A DNA stretch of 64,000 nucleotides from Ramazzottius varieornatus (taxonomy: Eukaryota > Animalia > Tardigrada): the NCBI GenBank assembly GCA_001949185.1, contig BDGG01000004.1:3169267-3233266 (forward strand), in the 5' to 3' direction. Positions 27,161-40,115 of this stretch are shown here, piece by piece. The stretch's first letter is position 1; each line of letters starts with the position of its first letter. The translations under genes and the position numbers were made by a program. Below the pieces are notes generated by a model. It was not told where the DNA came from, did no database searches, and was given only the letters and a program-made list of their open reading frames with translations.

Positions 27161-30100
27161 ATGGAGACGCAGGACTTGAAAGTTTCGGGAGCAAGCCTGA
27201 CGGTACGACTTCATGGAGGACCACCATGGGGCTTCACGGTGAAGGAAATCTTCAAGGACGACACTTCATCATCTCACCCACTCTTAGTCATTTCAAAGGT
27301 ACGCATAATTTTCATAATAAATAAGCCAATCTTCGCTGTCGGACCTGCTGTTTCCAGATAGATTTCTTATGAAGCTTGAATGAAAGGAAAGTCGGATAAG
27401 CTGACTTATACAAAGTTCGGACCGCTGCCACGTTTAATAGCATCATTTAGTTAATCTTCCAATGGTACTCCGGCTCTCAGAACGTGCCTTCCTGATCCAT
27501 CCATTTCTTGCAGTCTGTTGCTAGTTTGTCCGGAGAGCAATTAATAAAGTGCTTTCCTCTAGGGGCTTTTTTCCAGCCACAGTCCTCCAGCCCCGTGTTG
27601 TAGGACAACACGGGGTTGGACTCCGAAAATCGACTAGAGCCGCCGTGGCAGAAGACCCATGTTCGCATGTATACGAAAGAGCTTCATCCAGTATGGCAAA
27701 TTTCCTCCTGGAGCTCTGATGCTGTTCTGTCTTTAAACTGCATTTGCGCAGTGTTGCAGTATGAAGATGCGCATCACAAATTTGGGAAACCAGTTTGAAA
27801 CTGGAGCAGGTTTCTCGCTTGGAACGGAAGTATAACTTCATGTATGAATGCACTGCCTTCTGAAGGTCTATTGTGGGGCCACCGTTAACCGTGGCCATAA
27901 CTCGTGCGTTTTACGTTGAAAAGATCATAAAGGGATGTTTGGTTAGGAAAGAGCTGCGGATGTATACGCGGACGTTGGACGTGCACCTATGCTCCGTTTG
28001 TGGTATAAATAGCGAGGGTTCGCCAGGCGTGTGAGCATTTACTCTTTGTTTCCGCCTTGCAAACACAGGAGTGCAATCGTTTCCGCCTGCTTCCATATGA
28101 AAGCACCACTTTCTCGCTTTCAGGGTTCGTGAAGACCACCGAGTCGCAAATTAGCATGAGAGTACGTGCAGAAAATTACGTGTTACGGAGTTTGTTTTCT
28201 TTAGAGATAAAGGCAGGGCGTATTCAACCGTTTTGGACATGGCGACGTAATCGTGTCCGCTTGGCTTGACATGACGATGTTGCGATGTGTCGGCAGCCAA
28301 GTACCGTGCTGTTATTTCGCCGCGCCATGCTGACATGAGTCGGATAGATTAGCCGAAGAAGCAACTTGCTAGCCTCTCGGGCTGTCGAAACTCGAAACCG
28401 TGTCGCTCGTCTGAGAGAGCCTTACATCACTAGACAGACAGAAAATTCTGATATAGTTCTAAAGAAAACTCAAGCCTCCCAGACTTTTTAAACTGAGTAA
28501 ACCTTTATAAATACTTGGTTAGGTCGTTCTGGTTGCATCGCAAGCCACGAAAGATAATCAGGGTTAATTACTGGGCTAGAGAGTCTACCGGAAGTTGATA
28601 TCCGCAATAAAAGTGTCGTAGCTGTAGCACCTAAGGTCGGTAAAGACTGCTCAAACGGATAACTTGAGGAAAGTGATGCTCGCGCTGCAGCAATCTGGCA
28701 TTCCGATCCACTTCCGTGGGTTCGATGCTGGGTCGCCGATAGACGGCGCGGCGGCAGGCTGTTCAGTGTTGGAGTACTCATTCGTACTTACTGAACGATC
28801 AAAGTGATTGTAACCGAACACCGGCACTTTCATCCTGACCGAATACCGGAATTTCCAGAATGCTCCCAGAAGAAGATTGCGGAACCGTCTCCCAATATGA
28901 TGTTGACAGTGTTTAACTTTGCAGGTGGATCCTGTCGGAAAGTCTGCCGATCACCTTCAGCTGGAAGATGTTCTGCTAGCGATAAATGGACAACACTGCC
29001 CGACTGTGGACGACGCGAAGCATCTGATGCAGATGTCGGCGAATAAACATACTTTGGCGCTTCAAGTCTGGAGGTATGTTACTTTGTTAGACACTCACCC
29101 TTGCAGAAATAGGGTCTGACGGGGAAGTTTCAAATTGTTTTAGTACTTGAGATGGATGATTTGGTTAGCGTTGCGGTTGTCCAGGTTCCTTGACAGATTC
29201 TTCGAGTGCGGTTAGTAGGCTAATAGGAGAAGCTCAGGTCGATATAGGACAGCAGCAATCGGTCGGCTGTTGTGAAGTCCGGCATCAGTCCTCAGTGTGA
29301 TTGTTGGGGCAATGATTTCCGTGTTCATTTAATCATTTGCCCTCTGACTGTCACAGATCAATGCTACGACAACAGAGTGCAAGTTAGTTTTTCCTGACAA
29401 CTGCGGTTGTAATGGATGCCCATTTCTCCGCTATAGTGATTAGATTGACAAAGACAACATTATTCTTTGGAATGTTGTCTCGGCTCATAGCGTGCGGGTG
29501 TAGGAGGCTACGGGCGACCAGCAGAACGGTCGCGTGGTACTGGCTCTCACTGCTCGAGAGTGATGTTTGATCGGCCAACGAAGGTCCCCTCGACTACAAG
29601 AGCTACAGCAGACAAAGACGCGCGCATGCTTGACCGCCCTGCTGATGGGCGGTCAGCACTGGCTGGGGTTCCGGCAGTAATCCGGTTTTTGGTGCAGTAG
29701 CTAGTTAAACAAGCAAGAAAACGTTCCACGCCGATTGTGCGGTACCACCTCCAGCTCAAGGCAGCGCTGTTTCTTCTGACGGACTGTACGATGTACGTAG
29801 TCGTTAAGGTTGCGTCGTTGGTGGCGACTTGCGAGGACGAGTAGTGTAGCAGTTAGGTTAAGTCGTCGTTCATTGCTCGACAATCGACGCGAAAACCAGG
29901 TTTTATTTTTTGGGAACTTGATTGTCGGCTTAGTCTCTTTGTCCTGTTGTTGGCTAAAAAGTTGTGGTTGAGCTTAATCCGGAAGCAATCCATCTTTGAT
30001 TGCTCTGCGTGTTTCATCGTGGTAGATTTCTATATTGATTGGACCGAATTACACCAACCGCAGATTTGTGTCCGGCTCACTTACCCACAGGTAACGTGGG

Positions 30101-33100
30101 CAATCCTTGTAGTTTCAAAATTGGTTTCGCGTTTCGAAAATTTCGGCCGTTCGCTGTAGGAAAGCATGCGCGAGTTCCGGGATTTAGACCCCAGAGGTGT
30201 GCGCGGCTTCCGTCGGTAAATTAGTGGGCTGATGGAGCGAGGAAGTGAACGATGCCGAAAGGGGGTTCCCTCCCACACACGTTACGCTTCAAAGTTCGTC
30301 GGGATAAACCAGGTTTTCTTCGAGTAGTTTGCAGATGATTGTTGTAATTATAAAGATTAGGAAGTGGAAAGTTCGCCGACGAGGGCTGAGGAACCTCCTT
30401 CCGCAGGTGCCAAACTCGCATTTTTACGCATGCTTTGTTTGCTATTGTTGTTGGCGCGAGTGGGCCAAGTGTTGCTTTGAAGAAACGCCCACGCGCAACC
30501 TTGCTCGAGGTTCTTCCTTGAAGAACTTGGTTATAAGTTTTCGCAGAACAGGATGTATGATTTTTTGCATATGTAGATCCTCGGGGACTTTCCGCTTTTA
30601 AATTTAGACAACTTGTTGATAGGACTGTCAGGGTTTGGCAACTCTCAGATGGCTGGTGAGCCACTTGAGACAATTTCTTTATGTCGAGAGAACAAATATG
30701 TCACAAATGACACATCCAGCCTACAGCAATTAATTATTACAAGAAAACTATATCTTTTGATCTTGAGGTTACGTTGAGTTTCATAATATTTATCACAACG
30801 CGTCAATCCGCTCGGGCGGAAGTTTTGTGCTGTCTATCTCAGTTCAAGGTTCATATTGAAGAAGCTATGACTATCCGCCACGGATCTCGGGGCGACAGAC
30901 CCCAACCATTAACCCATTATGGCAAACATCGAGTCGCGCCATGCGGAAGTTAATGCACCCACTCGTGTCGCTTTAATCGCAGAAGAATGTCGCATACTTT
31001 GGGCGCTTCCGAACCGTTCCGCTTGCGTTACTGTGAGCCATTTCGACGTCCCAACCGACATTTGCAACATCGAAAATCTGAAGAGAGGTCCAGAATGCAA
31101 CATTAGGAATGATCTTATTAATACTAGGATTTTTATGAAATTAAATTAATAGTTCTCTGGTGTTTCAAAATGGGATCTGCCGATGATTTCTCTTACTATT
31201 CAGCTTCGCGATATTACGGTATCTGGAACTGCAGTGAAGGAGGATACAATATGGACAGTTTATTCAGGTTTTAGTGTCGCGCGTCTATCGGTTGCCGGTA
31301 TACTGTAATATGTGCGAATGGGTTAAAGTGCTGAGCTAATGTGTGCTTCAAGGAGGCGAAATGGGTACTTGAGCAAGTGGGGCGAGAAGAGAAAACATTT
31401 GCGTTGGACAGTACACAATCCATGCGAGGGTAATGCGATAGCTTGGTCTGCAGCCAAAGTAATTCGTCCGAAAGATGCCAACGTGCCTGCACGCTCGTTG
31501 AGAAGCCGAAAGTACCGCAAGAAGTGTTCAGCGTGGTCAAGACTTGAAGAGCTTCCTTGGAGATCGGGTGACTTTGGTTACACAAAGCTGAATTATTGCT
31601 ACTGTCGGCGGAGGGATACTTTTAGCGTTGCTCATGCTCGAGTACTTGTAGCCAAAGTCGCCATCGTTCTTTGTTCGCCTTGTCGCCTACATGAAAATCC
31701 TTTGTTAACTCCTCTGGTGGCAAAGTGCGTACTATTTGCCCATCTTCTCATCTTGCCTCCAGTCCAATATGGACGACAGAACGATAGAATGAGAGTGAAC
31801 TTCGTGAAGGATCGAGGCAACAGCAGGCGATCCGTCACGCGAGTATGCACTTTTCCACCTGGTCTCTGGTTTCATCCTCGTAATATATTGGCTTCCCTAA
31901 TCTCGATGCTGGATGGTGTCAAACTGTAACGTGTATTTAGACTGTAAACGGGGTTTAAAATCCAAAGCAGCGGAACGTTTGGGTGTAATCGAAATACCCT
32001 ACGTGAACATAATATTGGGCGGGGTCGCCTAATAAAGTTACGTCGCGATGTATTTGGGTTGCAATGTATTCTTGGGTCGCTCGAGGTGTTCAGAGGATCG
32101 GATAGTCAAAGTATGAATTGAGCTACTGTATGTCACGTTTGTTTGCGTGACAATAGTTTTGTAGGTAAATCTTTCCCACAGATTACACAATGTCGGCGCA
32201 TCTGGACCATCTGCCCCTATTTGTGAGAGCTGTAGAAAGTGAATGGGAACTTTTAGAGGATACTTTGATGGAAGAACATTTTGGACAAAATGGCTTGTGT
32301 GGTCGACAGTCGTCTTTTCTTTCTTTCATGCTCAATGCCCAAAAACGGTTGAAAATATTTTCCTGACAGTTTTCCGCGTGAATTGGTTCCATTTTACCCG
32401 TAACAATTAGTTGTAATTAGACTTGCAGCCACTATACAGACACTGCGTGGTCTCTTCTACTGTAGCTTGCTTCCAGTCGACCACTGGGCGGAGTCGCGGT
32501 GGGAAACCGTCAGATATTGTGCTGGTTAACGGTCAACTTCCTTGTGCACTGCAGGTAGAAATGTCCGTCCATATCGTGGTGTCGTATAGTGCTGATAATG
32601 TGTCGTGTCCACCCCCTTCTACCTTCATGACTATCATTTTGTTTGTATGACCATTTACTTCTGCTGGCGATCATGGTGGATGGACATCGCAACGTCCATC
32701 TCCGGCTCTCTCTCTCTGCTTCAGCGGCGCATTGTTTGCCTGCTAATTTCATAGTAATCTATGCGAGCTGGATACTATGATATTTCGTGTTTGAAGAGAG
32801 TCTGTTGTAATTATACGGTTCTCCCTAGTCCAATTGCCATCCACGAATGTCATTCAATGTTATTATGCATGCGGTCTGTTCGCTTTTTGCCATTATTAAT
32901 GCCGAGCTTACAGCTTGAGTATTTTGTTGTGCGCCGTTCACATCTCACTTCCGCTTACACACTTTTTCTGAAAACGACGGGGAGCCCCATCAACGTCCGT
33001 GTGTATATGGGAATACATTACCAGTCAACCTCTTCCTTGTAGCCTTTCTTGTTGCTGGATGGAATAACGAATGTAAGCGCCATGCAGAGGCAGATTGCGC

Positions 33101-36100
33101 GAACTCACCGGGCTGTAAAACTAAATGACTGTTTTTCCTGAGTTTCTTTGTGTTGCGTTGGTTTTGTTTTGAGGATGTTTTCCTGGAAAGAACGATGTAA
33201 TACTGTTGGGAGATGGGGACATGCAGGCGACAGTGATGTGTTTGTGGTGCGGCTTAGGAGTAATCTCGCAAGACGGGCTGCTGTGTTAAGTTTATCGAGG
33301 ACCAAACAAGGTTGTATTAAGGCTACTTATGAGGTCTTAATCCGCCGCGATGCGGTTTCCACCTTTACAGCAGGTACAAAAACGTGATAGCACATCTCAT
33401 GGCCGATCATGCCTATTCTCCCCCAACCATGAACCATGCAGTGGCATCAAGTACGGCTTGATAAGAACTTGAACGACGAGCGTACTGTTTTTCACTGAAT
33501 GTCCGATTTCTGTATAAGCCGCATGCATGCTTGGGCTTTTACCATGACGATGCGGCTCCAACTTCATAGTTCATTTGAACAATGTGTTCAATCTGTGTCT
33601 GTGTTGCAGGAAAACTGGGGAGCCCGAAAGAAATTCTACTTTGTTATCGGACAATGTCAAACCCTGTGAGGAAACGCCAGTCAGCCCTTCAAACAATGAC
33701 GCAGTGACGATATCGAAGGGAGAAATAGCCGATGATCTCATCAGTACGAATTCCGACACCACTATCAACAATAACACGCCCGAGCTGTCGCTCACTGAAG
33801 GATTACCTGCTCGCCGACATTCGCTCATTCCGCAAACCGAAACGGACGACATGGAGTACGGTTACGCGGGAAAGTCCCCCAGTAACACTGGATTGGACCA
33901 GCACTTCTTTGGAAAGCGTGATAGCCTGTATTCCAACACTAGCACCTGCCCTTCGTGGACTACCGCAAGTCAAAGCGATCTTCGGACTAGCTCAAGCCGT
34001 TCATCTATGGACCATTCCGGCTATCAACAGTGCGGACTTCCGTCAGGTATGTCTTCCGTTGTCTTATCCCATGAAATTACACGGAAAAGCTTTCAATATT
34101 CATGATATTGTTCTCCGTTAGGTACGCTGTATCGCAACAGTAGTTCCTCATCAGTGCGGAGTGTCCCGCAGCAGCCCAAGTCGATCGCTCAGAGCATGGC
34201 GTCCATGAAAGCATTACAATCGACGTTGGCCAGTTATGCAAATGGGCAGAATAAGCCGTCTGTATTCAAGCCCATTCGTCCAACGTCCTTGTCTGCCCAT
34301 GATGAGTACCTTGAGACAATGCAGTATTCACCTTCATATTCGCATCCTAAAACTCCGGATAAATTAAGTCCTACGACTTCGGCAGAAGCCAAGAACCAGA
34401 AGATGATTCATTTGCTGAATGGCAGCCGAGTACCTTCGGGGAATATCTATCGTGCCACTCCCAGTGCACAGTGGTCTCAGACTGAGTCCTCCGTGGGCAC
34501 TTACATTTGCGATGAGCCACCAGTGGTTCCTCAACGGCAACCCAGACGGTCGGTCCCGACGATACCATCTAAAGATTTACCGCTGAAAGCGACGCCTTCC
34601 GGGATTGTTCCTGCTACATCGGGGAAAAACCCGCCGCTTGAACGCAGAGGAAGTGACTTTACTTCGCCAAGAACCCCGGTGACACCCACACGGACCATCG
34701 AGGTGCCCATAACAAAAGTTTTTCTCTTTTGATGACAGACCAAGTATTTTATGAGGTCTTGTTCTGCCTAAGTTAATTCTAGTCCATGAATTTGAAATTG
34801 CTTTTTACGTAACGGTGGACTTGACTTATGACCAGTCTGTATCGTGAAACTTAACAGCTCAATTGGTATTCTTTTCAGGCGTTGCCAAAGTCGCCGTTAC
34901 AAGCTGAATCGTTGTCGCCGAACAGAATGGACCGGCATCCGGAAGCCATCGGCCACCAGCAGTCAAACTCAAGGTGCATTTTGAGTAGATCTTATTCAGG
35001 TGGAATATAATGCATTGGCTACAACTTATGGAAGTTAGGAGTGTCAGGAAGCCGTTAGTCTTTGTAAGCAAGCTACGGCAGACAGTGTAGCAAAGAGAAG
35101 AGAACAAAGGAAAGGGATAAGTGGAGCCTGCAGTAATGGGACCGTTAATAGATTTTGTTTTTGAGGATGAAAGTTCCGTTCAGGCTCAAGGTGACAAATG
35201 CATGCTCTTGTATGGCAACACTTGAGAAAACAATTTGGAGGTTGAGATGGGCCGTTAATCTTGTTAATCGTCCTCTGACATTCTGACCAGGAAGCTAAGC
35301 TTTGTCATCTTGTCATCCTCGTTTCCTTTCTATCTTCCGATCTGTCAGTCGCCACTGGAACTAAAGAACTCGACGCTGTACTATCGAGCCGAAGTGTGCG
35401 GATGATATCATTTTCCAAGGCGGTCAGGAAGCACAGTTGTTTGCATGAGCTAACCGCGGCGACCCAGGAACCTCTGACATCAAAAGCGCATAGGTAAAAG
35501 ATCGTAAAGATCTCCATCGTTTTCAAAAACAGCTATCACTTAACAGGATATTAAGGTTGCTCAAGTTTTACCTCTTTTCGGACTGTAATGATAACTACTT
35601 CGAGAAAAATGACGGATGGTGTTGACATTCACTAAACCAACTAACCTGTCGAGGGGATAAGCTGCAAAGATAACCTGTATATATCTTTGTATCTCAAATG
35701 TACCTTGTGGTGAGCTTACCTGCAGATTTTCTGTACTCGTGCCTGCAACCATCAGTGTACTCGTCGGAGTTGAAGTTAGGCTTAGATAACTACTGCACCC
35801 ATAAATCAGCTGGACAGAGATAGCAACTCGGATCGTTATATAGTCAGTGTTGCATGTGGCGCTGCTAGGTAGGGTGAGAAGCACTCTTAAGACTTGACCT
35901 GGCTGCCATGTTTATGTGCCGTTCTGTAGTTTGACTCACGTACCTTTCGCATATCTTCCACGGCGATATATCGATGTCTAACTACCTTGGTCCATTTTAC
36001 CTGCTGATAGCAGACTACGACGTACGGTACATTCACCTGTTATCGACTGGTGGGAGGGATGGTCTAGTTTTGTGGGAGGTGGCTGGAGTGAAGGAATGGT

Positions 36101-38689
36101 AATGCCGGTCCTTTCTCAAATATTTTGCAACCTTGTTACGACTTTGGCCAGCTGTTCGGTCACTTGATCCGCAAACTACGCTGTCAAAGTATCCCATTAC
36201 GTCCATTAACTTTGACCAACTTTTCCCATCATTGTTTGGGACCCAGTTCTTCCTTAAGAGTGAGATTCTACGAGGAACAACTCTTCGGCTTGTATAGGAT
36301 ATTGTATTATCATCACTATCTCGTGGATCGAGGTGAGGCACCGATGTTTTCATCGTCGACGAACTCCTGACCAAGTTGAAAATTTCCTGAGAAATCTGAT
36401 CTAATTAGGGGTAAGGGGGGTGGTTCGGCTTGCACTCCGCTTGGTTGACCACTGGTCTTCGTTATGTGTATGACGTCAGAGCGGCATTTCCACACGGAGA
36501 AGGCGGGGGTGGTGCGCTTGATTGATATATCGTCATTTCCGTTTCAATAATTTCAAAACTAAAAGATCAGAAATTCAGAACGTGGAATTTCTGCTTTCCC
36601 GGTAGTTAGCAGAATCCTCTTTTGTGGCACGGTCGTTTGATGGATGGATATGAGATTATGGTAATGATGGTTTGTATTCTGGTTACAGATTGCCCAAGGC
36701 CGACGAGGAGGTCCGGCACGTGGTGAAAAAGATGCCGATGATTCGGACGCTGGTCGATGACAGCCCCGTCAGTGATCAGCAATTGACAACGGTGAAAGAA
36801 GTTCGTACGTACCACATTCGACCAAAGTACAGTCCAAAAGATCTCACAGATGCTGCTGATGGTGATTCATCAAAGAACAAGCATCGCAAAGTAGCTTCTC
36901 AACAGTCGGAAGAGTTTCACCATCGTCGAGAAGCTTCTCTAGACTCGTCTGTTTCATGGCAGTCCAACTCAACGAACAGCAGTGGCTACTCTTCCGTAGC
37001 TTTATCATCGTCCACACCAACACTTGATGGTGCTGTTTCAGAAGAGACTCTTGTGCCGTGTGAACTGATGGAGATGGACCATTCACCGAAACGGTAACTT
37101 TGTCTTCCATACTCCAATGACATACTGATGTTACGGCTATGACCTACTGACAGTACAATGTCATCATAACGTACGCTGGGTGTTTTGTAGACCTTCTCCT
37201 CTGGCATCCCGCGAAACCAAGAAGTCTCCAGCAGAGATGTCGGATGCGGAAACTCCTCAACGTTCGTATTCCGTTTCGGAGATGATCAAGAACTTCGGTG
37301 ATGTACGTACACCACCGAATCCGCCACCAAAGCCACGTTTTGCTCATTTGTCCGCTCCGAAGACTGACATACCTGTGAATGCTCCATGGGAAGGACGATC
37401 TCGCGGCGGCTCGGTCACTTCCTTAGATTCTCTAACCTCACCTGGTGCCGTAGAGGACCATCGCGAAGCTCTTGCAAGTCTGAAGAACCGCCGAGTTTCC
37501 GCTTGTGCCATTCCTCCGAACGCAGCTCGACACATTCCTTTACACGCCGAAGAAAGGGAACGAGAAGTCAGCGAAGGCTCAGATGGCCTAGTTAAACCTT
37601 CCTTACAGTCTCGTCTCCTCAACGAAAAGCATGGTAAGAATCTTCATGCTTGGAGTTTCGTTCCGATGGTTTAACACTTTTACGTTCTTTTAGGTGTGGT
37701 CGGACAGAAGCCAGTAGTACCAACCTATCGAACTGCCGTGCATGGCTTGATGCTCGGTGGGAGGAAAGGTTCCGTCCAGCACGCCGGCATTTCGGAAGAC
37801 CCTGGCTACGGTAGTGGCGATATCCAGATAAGCACGGCCGATTCTTCTAACGACGGTGCCTCGACTGAAACTTCCGAGTCTCCCACAGTCGACCGTCAGG
37901 TCGAACTGGAAGAACACTCTTTCAGCGCAAAGGCCGACAAGGTCCCTTCGTTCAGGATACCTTTGTCGACCGACGAAACCGAACTCCGTCGAGCAAAGGT
38001 ACCACCGTTGTTTACTTTTGGATTTCCCCTCGAGCAAAATTATTGGGTTCTTACGTCGAGTTCTGTGTATTCGAAACCTAATATGGATTGATCCTTACAG
38101 GATGCGCTGACGAGTCGTCTGTCTGAGCGCATAGCCCTTCTGAAAGAAGAACAGACTAATATTCAGCGAGACATGTCGGTCAACGACGAAGCCGGGGCAG
38201 AAATCGGAGAGTTGATCTCGACGGCTCTCTGCCCGGCAGACTACGAGAAATACAAGCAGCATCTGAAAGAACTGGAGGAAATCACAGCATTAACCATGAG
38301 TCTAACAGGACGAATTGGTCGACTGGATCTTCAAGTGAACAACTTGCGTTCGCCAGCCGACGACTTGGAAATCGTGAGTACGGCCAAAACTGTTTTAAGA
38401 CTCGATCTGGATTAAATTGCTTCCCTTTCAGTCGACGCTTTCGTCCAAGAAGAAGAAGCTGGAATCTCAGTACAGCGATGCACTTTACCTTCAGAGAGGT
38501 GTAGAGCGTCGGCGAACCTGGATGCAGGATCGTTTAGCTCAGTGTCTTCCGGCCGACCGATATCGAGAATACCAAAGTTTCTTTACCACGAAAGTCTCCC
38601 TCCTTCGAGATTTTCGCAAGCTGGACGATAACATACGGCTGGGGGAAGAGCAACTTCGGTGTTTGCAGAGCACAAGCTCAATGTCGTAG
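27161..38689 (+). CDS. Shroom-family protein (N-terminal PDZ, long low-complexity middle, C-terminal ASD2/ROCK-binding domain)
   Basis: PDZ split over exons 27161-27298 and 28925-29072 (VRLHGGPPWGFTV…LVISK|VD…LQLEDVLLAING). Ser/Pro-rich exons from 33610 to about 37999. ASD2 at 38101-38689 (NDEAGAEI…YEKYKQHLKELEEITALTMSLTGRIGRL…KLDDNIRLGEEQLRCLQ). Linking the PDZ to the rest across a ~4.5 kb intron is inferred from phase compatibility. Confidence 0.85.
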
Positions 38690-39007
38690 TCTCAACTCTC
38701 AAGTAGTGCTTGTTGTCTACGCTTTTTAGTCCTGTAAACAGGATTTTGTGATGTGGCGAATGGCAGCGTCAACTTCTGATTTCCTACTCTCTATTCCGGT
38801 TGACTTTGGTTTCTCGCAGATGATTGTTAGACTATTCAGTGGGTCCAACCGCATGTTTTCCTTTCACGTTCCCGCTCTACCTTATGTTTTTATCATTCGG
38901 GTTTGACTTCATGTAGGTTCTAGTTTGAATAATCGTCGCGTGGTTCATTCGAGATAAATCAAAAGGTTCTCGGTTCACGGCCATGATTCTGGTTGCGATT
39001 GCTCAGG

Positions 39008-40115
39008 TCAATTTATCAGCCGATTACTGGAAGAGTTTCGATAACTTAGTGGTCTTAGTTCCACATCATACACGCAATGCCATACTTTCGGTCCGTAAGA
39101 TTTGACTCGTTCAAAATGTACAACTGTGATTAGCCAACGTTCAAGGAACATTTCATTACACATATCATGCAACCTCCTCATTATTGTAAACGCAAAATCT
39201 CGAAACAAGGGCGAGTTCTTCCAGTCAACACTAGAAGCTATGTAAAAGTAATCGCTAGATTGTTCAGTATGATATGTCGAAAAGACGTGTTGCTGCTGAT
39301 CGGTCTTTAGTGTTTCGACATTCATATGAACGTGCAAAACTCCTCCATGCGAAGTTTTCAGACATTTAATAGCTGCTGGCCAAGACATTTCAGAAGATGG
39401 GATTAGTCCAAGGACCACTCTATCCGCGACGCCAACAGGAGCGACCTAGAACCAAAAAGGACGTTCCAACCAGCGAACGCTACTGATGTACACTGTAAAG
39501 AACAGCTTATCTGACCTGCCGATTGTCTCCGAATAAGACTTCGCATCGATCTTCCATCCTGTTTAACTTCAAGTTTCGTCGAAGAGCCTCGACTGCATAC
39601 GGGTTCCATTCACATGCGTACACCTTCGCAGCTCCCGCTTTAAGTAACGGTATGGTGAAGTATCCAATTCCAGCAAACAGGTCCACGATGACATCCCCTT
39701 CACAATCGAGGTTCAGCATGCGAGTCTTCTCCGTAATGTTCCCCGAACTGAACATGGACTTTGTTATGTTGAGCTCGTATATCAAGCCGTTTTCTTTCTT
39801 CTTCGCCCATGTGTTGCTTCCGAGCAGCATCTCTACACGAGGAGAACGGAAGGCATCCGATCGGATGCGACCTTGACGAGCTACTCTATCCACATGGAAG
39901 CTTTTTGCAACGCACTTCCATAATGCGATTGGTTCGAGCGATATCCAGATACCACCACTGAATGCGTCTGCCGGCAGGAGAACCAGATCACTGAAAATAT
40001 CCCATTTCTTGGGAATGTACTTCCGGTCCTTCTCCGTCAGGGCAAATCCTGCACTCTCCAGCAAACTACCTAGATCCTTCTCGAGCCCCTGTCGTTTGAT
40101 GGCTACCATCTTCAT
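39008..40115 (-). CDS. TRMT12: tRNA wybutosine-synthesizing protein 2 (Met-10+-like SAM-dependent transferase); 2 exons
   Basis: KSMFSSGNITEKTRM, VIVDLFAGIGYFTIP, ACEWNPYAVEALRRN, VADRVVLGLIPSSE, GGVLHVHMNV, VKSYGPKVWHCVYD; intron about 39446-39515. Confidence 0.93.

Noticed and set aside
31339-31929. 196-aa ORF inside the Shroom intron
   Set aside because: Non-ATG start, no recognisable motif and atypical composition; likely a chance ORF.
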